Below are positions 1 to 9,430 of a DNA stretch of 64,000 nt, one piece after another. Source of the DNA: Sedimentisphaerales bacterium (GTDB lineage: Bacteria; Planctomycetota; Phycisphaerae; Sedimentisphaerales; SM23-30). Numbering within the stretch: position 1 is the first letter of the stretch; each line of letters opens with the position of its first letter. Position numbers and translations under genes: made by a program. A model generated the notes under the pieces. That model was not told the DNA's origin, did not search any database, and was given only the letters and a program-made list of their open reading frames with translations. The stretch is from the NCBI GenBank assembly GCA_963663805.2, contig CAXXMR010000027.1, positions 19,971 through 83,970 of the forward strand, in the 5' to 3' direction.

Positions 1-1
1 C

Positions 2-439
2 GATGCTTTTTCAGAAGAGAAAACCCGCAAATCTGGCTCCATTTTCAATGCTAATCACCACTGGGAACCAAAAACCAAAGTCAATAGAGCCGTGCCAATT
101 AGCAAATCCCTGCGGTTTTATCTGAATCAATATCAGCTTAGGCCGTCTATAGGGGGGTGGTATTTCCCCAGTCCCAAAGGTGTCCACTATGACCCGGATA
201 ATTTCAGCCGGGATTTAAGAAGTGTAAATAAAAATGCAAGATTAAAATGGAGTTCTCTGGACTACAGGCATACTTTTGGCAGCCAGTTAGCCATGAAAGG
301 CGAAAGCCTGTATAAAATATCTAAGCTGATGGGTAATTCCCCGGAGATATGCCGCAAACATTATGCCGCCATTATCCCGGAAAGCCTGATGGACTGCGTG
401 GACTTCGGGCAGCCTTTACCGGTTGCAATCACTATGTGA
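2..439 (+). CDS. tyrosine recombinase (phage-type integrase), C-terminal part; 5-prime end lies outside the window
   Basis: The frame is open from the window edge. WEPKTKVNRAVPIS...LDYRHTFGSQLAMKGESLYKISKLMGNSPEICRKHYA is the catalytic C-terminal box (RHT...H/Y) of tyrosine recombinases. It is clearly paralogous to the C-terminus of the full integrase at 19829-20998. Confidence 0.85.
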   Translation, partial: DAFSEEKTRKSGSIFNANHHWEPKTKVNRAVPISKSLRFYLNQYQLRPSIGGWYFPSPKGVHYDPDNFSRDLRSVNKNARLKWSSLDYRHTFGSQLAMKGESLYKISKLMGNSPEICRKHYAAIIPESLMDCVDFGQPLPVAITM

Positions 440-450
440 AATAGGTAAAT

Positions 451-510
451 AGGCCAAATGTCCGGGCCACGGTCCACTAAAGAAGCTTTCGCTGTCCGGC
501 CATTTGGCCT
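451..510 (+). other. hairpin immediately downstream of the integrase stop (10-bp perfect stem, about 40-nt loop)
   Basis: AGGCCAAATG (451-460) pairs with CATTTGGCCT (501-510). The loop sequence recurs at 4569-4608 inside a different stem. Confidence 0.6.
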
Positions 511-567
511 TTGTAACTTAAAGTTATACCTCTTGTCATGTAATCATAGTCAGAGGTATGAAATGGC

Positions 568-3051
568 TTACGTTGTAATTTCTGTAACAAGTCCGATTTG
601 CTGAGCAATCGGTGTATATAAATCAACTTTAGTCGAAGGAGTACTGATTGTTATTATCAGTGAATACCTACATTTCTTCTCAGCAAAACCAAGATGTTTT
701 CGCTCTCTCCACCATCCGGTCACAGGAAAGACGGCAACTTGGCCGCATTCTGCTAATTCTACGGCAGAGGTAGTCCACCAATCACAGTGAACAGAGCCTT
801 TTGTTCTTAAGCGAGAACCGATAGACCAGCTAATTGGATCTGTTGTAGACGGACGTTCTTCTTTCTCATCCCATTCGTGACTACTGATTCTCTGCTTGAA
901 CACACTTTCTTTTTCAACCGGACCTTTAAGCGCAAAACGCAAGCCATGTGAAGCGTATCGGAATTTAGTCCCCCAACCTCGACCGGCTGGACTTGGCTCA
1001 ACAAAATACGAAAGAGTAATTTTTACAGTCACATCTTGATCACCTAAACCGTCCAATGCTTGTTTTGGCCACGGCAGTGAATGCAGAACAAAATGATTGG
1101 TTTTCGCATCTTTTCCATCCATCATGAAGGGCTGTATAGTGCCCTGATGGATAAGAGATACATTATTTTGAATGGTGTGTCTCGCTTTTTCTAAGTTCGG
1201 AACACCATACCCAAAACAACGAAGCCTTCGGTGTTTATCTACTTCTCGTTCGCCAGGAATTTGTTGCCTCATAGCATCTGTCCACTCTGCCGAATGAACC
1301 ATCAATGCCCGAATTGTTTCTGGCCAAAAACTTGGGTAGTCTGCCATTAGAATTGCCGCATAACGTGCAGCCTGAGCCGTTGCAGCACTTGTATCGCTTG
1401 TCCATGATAACAAGTGACCAGTTCGATCAAGGGTAGTTGTCAAAAGAGCAAGATCATCGCACCCATCAACTTGCCCGGAAGGTGAACTTACATAATTTCC
1501 ACCTTCCATCACAATATCAGGTTTGATTGGCCATATGTGATTATTCCACGAGCATGAAGTTCGGCTTGTTGGACACAAACCGCCCCTTGGCGCCAAAGCC
1601 TGATAACCATCGAACTCTCTTGATCGAATTTGAATCCTATCTGTAAAAGCTCCTACTGTCAGAGCATTCCAACTTTGAGCAGGGTCTTCAATGTTTTTTG
1701 CGAGATTGCTTTCTAAATACCTGTAGTTTGTGTCAGTTTGTGTATCTCTTATGTTTCCGGCAGAAATCACATATAGCCTTTGGTCGCCATCAGATTTTCC
1801 TGAAGAATGCTGGTCTACAGCCCCTGACCATGATGATGGCCTACCATGGTCGCGTCCTTCATCGCTCGAAGTAATCGGAAGACAGGCAACTCTACGTCGG
1901 TCCGGTTTTTGACTCTCTGCTTTTTCTAAACTTTTCTGAGTAACATAGCCCCAAGTGTCCTCACTATGAGGATGGTTTGTATGAAGCATCCGAACTGATT
2001 CTAAGTGGTGCGAAAGTTGTAATTGATGGTTATTGGCCAATAATTCAGGGAGCTTATCTCCATACAAAACAAGCCCCGCCATTTCAGTGCCGTGTGATTG
2101 AATGTGATCTACAACTGGCCATTGAGGGTCATATGTTTGTGCATCATCATCAGATATTAAAGGTCGTATTAGAGGATGCTCAGTATGTACTCCATAATCA
2201 AGCATGCATACAGAAGGGGCATTTGGACTAGGCAAGATCAAACGACTCGCTAAATCGTCAACATACATTTTTTGATCTCGAGGCGGCAGTTGAAGAAATT
2301 CCGTTGGAACTTCTTTTGCTTTTCGAAATTCTGCAATTCTGTCGAGAAGAGGTATAAATATCTGTGTCCAGTCTTGTGTTGAACCATGGGCTAGAAAAAC
2401 TAATCTTTCAGGAAAGCTTATTGTATGCTGACTTATTTGCAAATTTGAACCTGCCGTTAATGCAACAAATTCTGAAAAAACATCATCCGAAATTTCTGTG
2501 CTGGAAACTCGAATCCATACTTCCCACCATATACTTTCGTTATTTGTTCTCGGAAATAGATTATCATCATCAGTCCAAAAAGAACGTAATACAGGGTATC
2601 GAATGCGCGAAATGCCAGCCACAAGATCTTCGTTTTTAGGACGTTGCTTGCCTCGACTGTTGTTTTCAGTTTCGTATCGCTCAATCTTTCGAATGAAATT
2701 TTGCAGTTTTCCTTCAGGGACATGTATTGTGGCATGAATTTGATTGCCAATTGTTTTAACGGTTAATACTTCAATGGGTGGTTTAAGTTTAAAATCTTGA
2801 AGGCTTTCAATTTTTAGTCCATAATCCTGCTCTCCGACAATTTCTAAGCAAATATCATGAATGATATGTCCTGTTCGCTCTGCTTCTTGATTAGCTTGTC
2901 CAGTTGCTTGATCTATTTCTTTCAGCAATTTTCTTGCATGAACCCTCCTGTCTCTTGGTGGCACCTCAAATTGCCCTCCACCTATTTGTGTAGATGTGTA
3001 ATCATGTGGTTGGCCAGGATCATCTACGATAATATGTTTACGTTGTAGCAT
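568..3051 (-). CDS. ietS: S8 subtilase-family serine protease, 827 aa (IetS-like defence protease)
   Basis: The Asp/His/Ser triad motifs appear in subtilase order: MLDYGV, SHGTEMAG, SDTSAATAQAARYAA. A strong RBS (AGGGAGGAG) lies 20 bp after the upstream AAA+ gene. The pairing with an AAA+ ATPase matches the published IetAS architecture. Confidence 0.7.
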   Translation of the reverse strand: MLQRKHIIVDDPGQPHDYTSTQIGGGQFEVPPRDRRVHARKLLKEIDQATGQANQEAERTGHIIHDICLEIVGEQDYGLKIESLQDFKLKPPIEVLTVKTIGNQIHATIHVPEGKLQNFIRKIERYETENNSRGKQRPKNEDLVAGISRIRYPVLRSFWTDDDNLFPRTNNESIWWEVWIRVSSTEISDDVFSEFVALTAGSNLQISQHTISFPERLVFLAHGSTQDWTQIFIPLLDRIAEFRKAKEVPTEFLQLPPRDQKMYVDDLASRLILPSPNAPSVCMLDYGVHTEHPLIRPLISDDDAQTYDPQWPVVDHIQSHGTEMAGLVLYGDKLPELLANNHQLQLSHHLESVRMLHTNHPHSEDTWGYVTQKSLEKAESQKPDRRRVACLPITSSDEGRDHGRPSSWSGAVDQHSSGKSDGDQRLYVISAGNIRDTQTDTNYRYLESNLAKNIEDPAQSWNALTVGAFTDRIQIRSREFDGYQALAPRGGLCPTSRTSCSWNNHIWPIKPDIVMEGGNYVSSPSGQVDGCDDLALLTTTLDRTGHLLSWTSDTSAATAQAARYAAILMADYPSFWPETIRALMVHSAEWTDAMRQQIPGEREVDKHRRLRCFGYGVPNLEKARHTIQNNVSLIHQGTIQPFMMDGKDAKTNHFVLHSLPWPKQALDGLGDQDVTVKITLSYFVEPSPAGRGWGTKFRYASHGLRFALKGPVEKESVFKQRISSHEWDEKEERPSTTDPISWSIGSRLRTKGSVHCDWWTTSAVELAECGQVAVFPVTGWWRERKHLGFAEKKCRYSLIITISTPSTKVDLYTPIAQQIGLVTEITT

Positions 3052-3071
3052 TAGGCTCCTCCCTAAATATG

Positions 3072-4049
3072 TTATTCATATCGTTGACGTAGTACTATTG
3101 CCTGTTTTAATTCGTCGGTTCTTATTTTTTTCCTGTCATCAAGCACGGCTTGTTTAGCCGCATCTTCACAGGCTTTTACAATTTCTGCGTGGGGCATATT
3201 TTCTGCTGCTTGAATTATGGATTTCCAACCGATTCTCTCCAAAACAAAATTGCTAAGGCGGTTTTCAATTAAATTTCGAACCATAGAAGGCTGAGGTATA
3301 TTATACCTTAATGTATCGTCAAATCGCCTAAAAAGAGCATTATCTAAAAAAGTTTCAAGATTGCTTGCTGCAAGAATGATGCTATTTGAACGATCTTCTT
3401 CCAGAAACACCAGAAACGAATTCAAGACTCGTCTAATTTCGCCAACATCCTGTCCCATGCTGCGTTGGGCACCTATAGCATCGAATTCATCAAAGAAATA
3501 AACACCCCGCGTTTGCTTCATAGCTTCGAATATATGTCTTAACTTTACTGCTGTTTCACCCATATATTTTGTTATTAAGATATGAAACTGAACAGTTAAC
3601 AATGGCAAGCCAAGTTCACCGGCCAATGCTGCTGCTGTCATCGATTTTCCACAGCCAGAGGGACCTACCAACAAAATTTTACGTCGTGGGAATAGTCCAT
3701 GTGAAAACAAACGGTCGGATTGCCTGTACTCATAAATGACTCTTCCAAGTCTTTCTTCAAGGTCTGTATCTAATACCATATCTGAAAGTCTTGTTTTGGG
3801 GAAAGTTGCCGAGAAAAGCCCGCTAAGGGTACCGGTCGGTTGAACTATAGGAATAGAGCTTATATTTGATGATTTTTCTTTTTGGTTGTTTCTTGCATCT
3901 TCAATCAGTTTACGAAGGTCTTCGGCTAATTTTGATTTTCCGGATCTTGCAGCTTGGGCAGCAATTTGGGAAGCAACTGACAAGAACCTTTCAGGATTAT
4001 GTTCAGTATAGCTCTCTATCAATGCTTTCAGTTGCTGCGCTGTTGCCAT
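3072..4049 (-). CDS. ietA: AAA+ ATPase, 325 aa (IetA-like)
   Basis: Walker A is LLVGPSGCGKS and Walker B is VYFFDEFD. Sensor-1 is ILAASN and the RRFD arginine region is present. The gene sits directly upstream of, and is co-oriented with, the S8 protease gene. Confidence 0.75.
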   Translation of the reverse strand: MATAQQLKALIESYTEHNPERFLSVASQIAAQAARSGKSKLAEDLRKLIEDARNNQKEKSSNISSIPIVQPTGTLSGLFSATFPKTRLSDMVLDTDLEERLGRVIYEYRQSDRLFSHGLFPRRKILLVGPSGCGKSMTAAALAGELGLPLLTVQFHILITKYMGETAVKLRHIFEAMKQTRGVYFFDEFDAIGAQRSMGQDVGEIRRVLNSFLVFLEEDRSNSIILAASNLETFLDNALFRRFDDTLRYNIPQPSMVRNLIENRLSNFVLERIGWKSIIQAAENMPHAEIVKACEDAAKQAVLDDRKKIRTDELKQAIVLRQRYE

Positions 4050-4091
4050 TTAGTTTCCTTTGATATGACGAGAAAGTATTCTTATAACACC

Positions 4092-4295
4092 TTACATGTG
4101 TTTGGTAGCCATTGGGTTAGCAACTTTCAGCAAAAAATCCTGTAAGTCACTTTTTCTGAACATACGATATTCATTGGCTGGGTTATGAAAAACGGGGATT
4201 TTCCCATCACTTGCCCAAGATCTGATTGTGTTTGGAGAAACACCGAGTATTTTGGCAGCTTCACTTGTTAGCACATAGTTATTTAATTTTTCCAT
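4092..4295 (-). CDS. small MerR/excisionase-type helix-turn-helix protein
   Basis: LTSEAAKILGVSPNTIRSWASDGKIPVFHNPANEYRMFRKSDLQDFL is a MerR/Xis-like HTH. The start is taken at MEKLNNY; the ORF is open to 4364. It lies 42 bp upstream of the AAA+ gene on the same strand. Confidence 0.6.
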   Translation of the reverse strand: MEKLNNYVLTSEAAKILGVSPNTIRSWASDGKIPVFHNPANEYRMFRKSDLQDFLLKVANPMATKHM

Positions 4296-4388
4296 AAGGC
4301 GTCCAGAGAAAATCAATTGCATCGAAACACTAACAAAGTATAACAAACCCTGCAAATCATGCAACTGCTTTTTTTGGGGTACTTCTAC

Positions 4389-4405
4389 AAAAAAAAGGGG
4401 GGGGG
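4389..4405. repeat. A8 G9 homopolymer pair
   Basis: Read directly: aaaaaaaa ggggggggg. It lies between the HTH gene upstream region and the integrase remnant. Confidence 0.9.
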
Positions 4406-4409
4406 AATT

Positions 4410-4625
4410 ATGGGTCTCAAAGGTGGATTATAACCCAGATAATTTCAGCCGGGATTTAAGAAATGTAAATCGGAAAGCAAGATTAAAATGGGCCTGTCTG
4501 GATTACAGGCATACTTTCGGCAGCCTTCACCTGTGGCAGTTTCCCTGTAAAGATAAAACAACCACCCGTCCGGGCCACGTTCCGCTAAAGCGGCTTTCGC
4601 TGTCCGTCCGGGTGGTTGTAGCGTG
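4410..4625 (+). pseudogene. integrase remnant (internal fragment plus 3-prime flank) with a hairpin
   Basis: 4413-4513 aligns with 170-283 of the left integrase (YNPDNFSRDLRNVNRKARLKWACLDYRHTFGS). It then jumps at a shared GGCAGCC to the equivalent of 407-510, including the hairpin. The N-terminal three quarters of the gene are absent. Confidence 0.8.
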
Positions 4626-7473
4626 TTCAGAAAAAAACGGGCAACAACTTGTCTGGTTGCTACCCGTTCAGTTAATCACACCAACTCATATTTGCTATGA
4701 GGCTGTTTTACTTACAGAAGATAACTCGGATTTCCATTCTGTCAGGAGTTCATCGAGCCAGTCGTAAAGCATTTCTAAGGATTTCTTATACTGGTCTTCG
4801 GTAACCTCTTTCTGGAAGTCGGGGTTGGTTAGCCAATCGTTTTCTATGATTTCGATTATATCTTCGACCATTAACATAGTCTCGTAAGTGGTGTATTCCC
4901 GTTCGGGTTGATTCTTTTGCCATTTGGCCTGGCGGTTGGATTCGATTTGTTCGTCGGTCAGGATGGTTGCTTCGGGGATTGACGCGGTGCGCATCATGGC
5001 GACGGCGGTAGAGTCGGAATCATACCAACAGGCTTGCCAGAGCCAATAACCGAAAGTTTCGGCGTTGGTGGAATCTACGAAAATCATTAAATCATCGAGG
5101 TCGATATATTGGTTGTTGTCGAGGTCACAACGAGAATCCCAATTATCGTTGGGGGTGTTGGGGTCTCCGGTATAAGTGGGGTCGTAGTTGCTCCAGGCTT
5201 TCTCGAACAAGGCAAACTCCTTGAGGTTTACCACGCCATCGGCGTTATAGTCCAGAGTGCAACTTATGCCGGAATCGCAGGAATAATATTCATCGGCTCC
5301 CATATCTACATAAGTACCATTGATACGGTCTTCGTTGTCGATGTCGGTTTCGCCGGTTATTACGTTGGTATTATTGCCGGCGTCGATACAGAGCGAATTA
5401 CTGGAAAGGTGGAAGTTGCCAAGGGTTTCATCGGCATAGGCGAAGCAAGGGTCGTCAGCGATATTATAGTCATTGTTGGGAATAGTAACATTTTCTATAC
5501 AGCTATCAGTGGCAGTAATAGAAGCAGGAAGCTGGGTGCCACTGCTATTATTACCCCAGAGAATATTGTTGACTGTGTAAAGATATGGCAAACCAGCTTG
5601 ATTGGTATAAATACCCTGATTGTCATTATAGACAATGGTGTTATTGCGAATCATTGAAGATGATGAGCAGGAGCTAATAAAAATACCATATCCGGCATTA
5701 TGGTGTATCCAGCAATTTTCCAGCAAAAGCATTTCCGCATCAACATAAATACCGTACAGGTCATTATGTGCGATAATACAATGATCTACGGTCAGGGTAT
5801 TGTTGTTTCCGGTTTTGATACCATATCGACCGTTATCAGTAATACGGCAATTTCTGATAGTAACATCGCACGAAGCAGCGATACTGACAGCATCATAAGA
5901 AGCGTTAATCAAACTAAAACCATCAATAATGATATTCTGGGCATCAGCAGCGATACTTATGATATTACCAAATTGATTTGCTCCGCTTAGATAAGTGCGA
6001 TAATGAGCGGGGTGGCGTTCCGACAGCGTGGTTTCATTACCGAGAAAACCACCGTAAAGCGATACGCCGGAAGGAATGGCAAAAGTGCTGTTTAGATAGT
6101 CAGGGGTATAGGTACCGGAGGCAATCCAGATTTCATTGCCGCAACCATTGGCGGCACGACTAAGAGCGCTATGGAGAGAATTATAGGCATTGGCCCAACT
6201 GGTGCCGGTATTATATCCATCCGCAGAGTTATCAACGTAAATAACGTCGCCGCCAAAACAGCCAACCGGGGTTTCGAGGGATTCTCGACGATAGACCAGA
6301 TCGGTTTCGATTATACAGATATTAGCGATGGTGGTAAGCGGTTCGGTCGATTCATTGATGATAGTATTCAGGGTGATGGCAGAGCAGGGATCGGTATCTG
6401 CCAGTGTGCCAATATTCCATACCCAGGCGTAATATTCCTCAAGGAAGTTACTATATTGCGGTGTAGAAGAATCGTAATCGGTTTTGGTGCTGAGATAGTC
6501 AGTCAGTTTGGTGCTGTTGTGGTTATTACCGGCTGGACCATAAGTAAGGGTGTATTGCAAAACATCGTTGTAACCGGGGTAATTATTAGGGTCATTACGA
6601 TTAACATTGTCGGCCTTGTTGAGGTATATTTCCATATCCTCCGGGGCCGAGGCACAAATCATTTCGCGGGGCGTACTTGAGGAAGTTGTGTCGCCGGTTC
6701 CAAAATCACCGTTGTTATTAGTTCCCCAGGCGTAGATCATGCCGTGGCCGTCAATGGCGAGATGGTGAGTGTAGCCATCGTCAATGGCGTTGATATTTTC
6801 CAGATAGCCGGAGCGGCTGAATTGTTCACCATCCGAAACCAGTTGAGGGTTATTGCCGGACCACTGCCAGACAAAACCAAAACTGTCCAGAGCAAGGAAG
6901 TGACTGTTGCCCGCACCGATGGCAATAATATCTTCGAGATAGGTTGTCTCCATATCTCCACCGGGAACTTTTGTCGGTGCGGAACCGGGGGACCACTGGT
7001 AAACGTGTCCGTCCCCGTCGAGAGCCAGCGAATTGTTACAGGAGGCGATTTCGACAATGTTTTCCAGATAGCCCGACGGGGTTTCCATGTCGCCGTCAGT
7101 TACCCGATAGGCAAAAGGATTGCCGCTGCCCCATTCCCAGACGTTGCCGTTTTCGTCCAGTGCGAGGGAATGAGCAACTCCGGCGTCAACTTCGATGATG
7201 TCGTAACCGGTATCATAGCCAAGATATAATATGCCAAGGTTCGGGTCGTTGGCGGTTACGACTTTATGGGGGACATCCCGGTAATCAGGTGTACTGAAAG
7301 TACCAATACCCAACTGTCCACTATTGTTGTTGCCCCACGCATATACATAACTATCACTTGACGCCGCCAGCGAATGCGTGCCGCTGCGACCGGCAGAGAT
7401 ACAGGTTATGTCTTCAAGATGACCACTGACGCTGCCCTGTTGGCCATCGTGAACAAAAATAGGAGATAAAATG

Positions 7474-8999
7474 GACTCTGTAGCATCTTTACCGGCAACA
7501 TAGCATTCCAGTCCTTTCTTCATGAAGTGTTGTTGTAGTTCGTAAACGGCCTTGGGACTGCTCGTCACGCTGCATATCAATAGCCACCCGCTGGCTGATA
7601 TTGGTTTGAGTTCGCACTCGATAGACACTCTTCTGCATTTTTCGATGGCGGCGATAGCCCCGTTCAACCGCGTTGGACGTTGACGGCAGTTGTGAATCAT
7701 CAAGGAAGGTCAACGCCTTTTCGATATTGGGGGTGAACAATTTCTTAAGAGTCTGTCGCAAGGTTTTGAATCGCCCAATTCGCCGGCGTAACACAGCCAA
7801 CTTTTCCAATGCCGTTTCCGTTCGACAACGACGGTCAAAAAGACGATAAACCTGATCCATGATCGAGCGTAAATTTCTCAGGTTTGGCAAGCCTCTGGTT
7901 ATATGCAAAAACTTCTTCTTATCCTTCGAACTCAATGAATGTTGTACAAATAAATATCTGTGCTCAAACAGATCGGCAATTTTCTTTTCCTGTTTCTTCT
8001 TGCGTGATGCCGCTTTCTTCGCGGAAGAAGACGATGGACGGCCACGTTTCAGCTTGGGCAACTTTGCCTTGAGCTCTCGTCGTACTTTCGTAACAGCTTT
8101 GAGTATTTCTCTGTTGATCTCCTTGAGGACATGAAATTCGCACACCTGATGAGCAGCGTCAGGAAATATCAGCGCCAATGGCTCCGGATATAAAGGCGAG
8201 CCGTCGGTCGTAACACCCCGTAATGTCAGCGTTCTTTGTACCAGTTCGGTCCGAAACCGAAAGGAAAAGTTTGTTATATCTTCATGAGTGGGATTATGGT
8301 CAAGAACCTCGTAGATGAGCCGTTTGAAGGTGTGGTTATCCACTATGGATAAGACGCAGAATGGCCCATCATATAATTCGTCCGCTGCAATATAGCCGGA
8401 GAAATCAGCCAGAACACCATCAAGGTACTCAGTTGTAATTCGTTGCTCAGCTTTTTTTCCCCGTCGCCTCAACCCAGTTTTGAATTGTAGCCCAAGGGAC
8501 AAAAACTCTGTGGTCTCGCCACAAGTGCCATGATGCCGGGCGGTACGGCAGGCCGTCCTCCACAACCAAACGCACGGCCAGGTGAACAACCCGACGGGTA
8601 TAGTGACAGCCGGGGTCCGCAAGATCAGTGAGGTCGGCATTGAAGTATCGTTTGCATTTTGAACAACGATGCTGTGAATAGCTGACCCAAATCTCGATGG
8701 GACGGTTGGCAGCCAGGTCTCCGAGGTCATGCAGTTTTCGCCTGAAGACTTTGTCTCGATACGACGAGTGGCCGCAATGGGGGCAAGGACGCTTTTTGTA
8801 GGTGCGTGAACGCCGTTTGATTTTTGCTTTCGGTAAATCTTCAACACCAGTAATACCTTCGGTTATATCGGATACGTATTCGCCTGGCCCAGCCATAATC
8901 GTCTCTCCTGGAAAATTCCACTGGTCTGTTCTTCCAGGAGTTTTATCGGCTAATTTGCGAAAATCTCATTAAAAATGCCGGTATCTATGCTACAGTCTC
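7474..8999 (-). mobile_element. ISL3-family insertion sequence, complete copy (1526 bp)
   Basis: Imperfect terminal inverted repeats of about 23 bp: GACTCTGTAGCATCTTTACCGGC versus the reverse complement of GCCGGTATCTATGCTACAGTCTC. An 8-bp direct target duplication ATAAAATG lies at 7466-7473 and 9000-9007. Confidence 0.85.
7489..8896 (-). CDS. ISL3-type transposase in two frames that meet at an A7 run
   Basis: The N-terminal frame (8447-8896) has a zinc finger (CPHCGHSS…CSKCKRYF) and an HTH. The C-terminal frame has the DDE region (…AADELYDG…VCEFHVLKEINREILK). The frames switch at T7 on the plus strand, 8452-8458. An A6 run would give one continuous ORF. Confidence 0.75.
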
Positions 9000-9430
9000 A
9001 TAAAATGTTATTATTATAAGAACCATTGCCTATTTGACCGTAATTGTCTCCGCCCCATGCGTAAATATAACCATCTTCATCAAAAGCAAGTGAATGATAC
9101 CAGCCAGCATCTACGGCTATAATGTTTTCGAGAAAGCCTGAAGATGTATTCATTTCGCCATCATGAACAGAAACTAGGATCGTTGAACTACCGTCATTAC
9201 CATTTCCTAACTGTCCGAAACTATCGGAACCACAAGCCCAAACCGTTTTGTCTTCCATAAGGGTTAATGTGTGATACTCTCCACCTGAAATAGCGGAGGC
9301 TTTTAGGCATGTATCTTCAGCGCTGAGATTATATGAAATCCCAAATACAAAAAGTACTATTGACATTCTGAGTGTGCGCACCATCTCTGTATCTCCTTTC
9401 AAAGAGGTGAAATGTAAGTAAAAGGATTAA

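Larger units (their letters stand above)
4695..9402 (-). pseudogene. secreted RCC1-repeat / parallel beta-helix / dockerin protein gene, interrupted by an IS
   Basis: The N-terminal piece 9000-9402 and the C-terminal piece 4695-7473 join in frame (…YNNNIL|SPIFVHDG…) once the IS and one target-duplication copy are removed. RCC1 motifs are present (GQLGNG, GQIGNG, GQLGIG). PbH1-type beta-helix repeats are present (NCRITDNGRYGI, HNDLYGIYV, HNAGYGIFI). A two-repeat dockerin is present (DYNADGVVNLKEF…DLDNNQYIDLDDL). Confidence 0.8.

Noticed and set aside
451-510. An integron attC site
   Set aside because: In attC the conserved parts are the outer R/L boxes and the centre is variable. Here the reverse holds. 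The cassette has three genes, and no intI/attI arrangement is present.
5109-6680. Long plus-strand ORFs (182, 96, 61 and 169 aa) inside the beta-helix gene, with similar antisense ORFs elsewhere (23290-24135, 32377-32937, 35447-35944, 36051-36740, 46196-46591, 50473-50952)
   Set aside because: They lie antisense to well-supported genes and have biased, low-complexity composition (V/G/I-rich or R/S-rich). They carry no motifs, so they are shadow ORFs.
4695-7703. The 1002-aa ORF, as listed in the track, read as one intact gene
   Set aside because: Its first 77 residues (MMIHNCRQRPTRLNG…) are read from the end of the ISL3 element. The same peptide appears as a 77-aa ORF at the end of IS copy 2 (25322-25555). 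The real gene is the IS-split RCC1 gene.
7489-8847. The 452-aa ORF read as a single intact transposase
   Set aside because: Its first 130 or so residues are an out-of-frame read-through of the zinc-finger/HTH region. The correct N-terminus is the 149-aa frame at 8447-8896.
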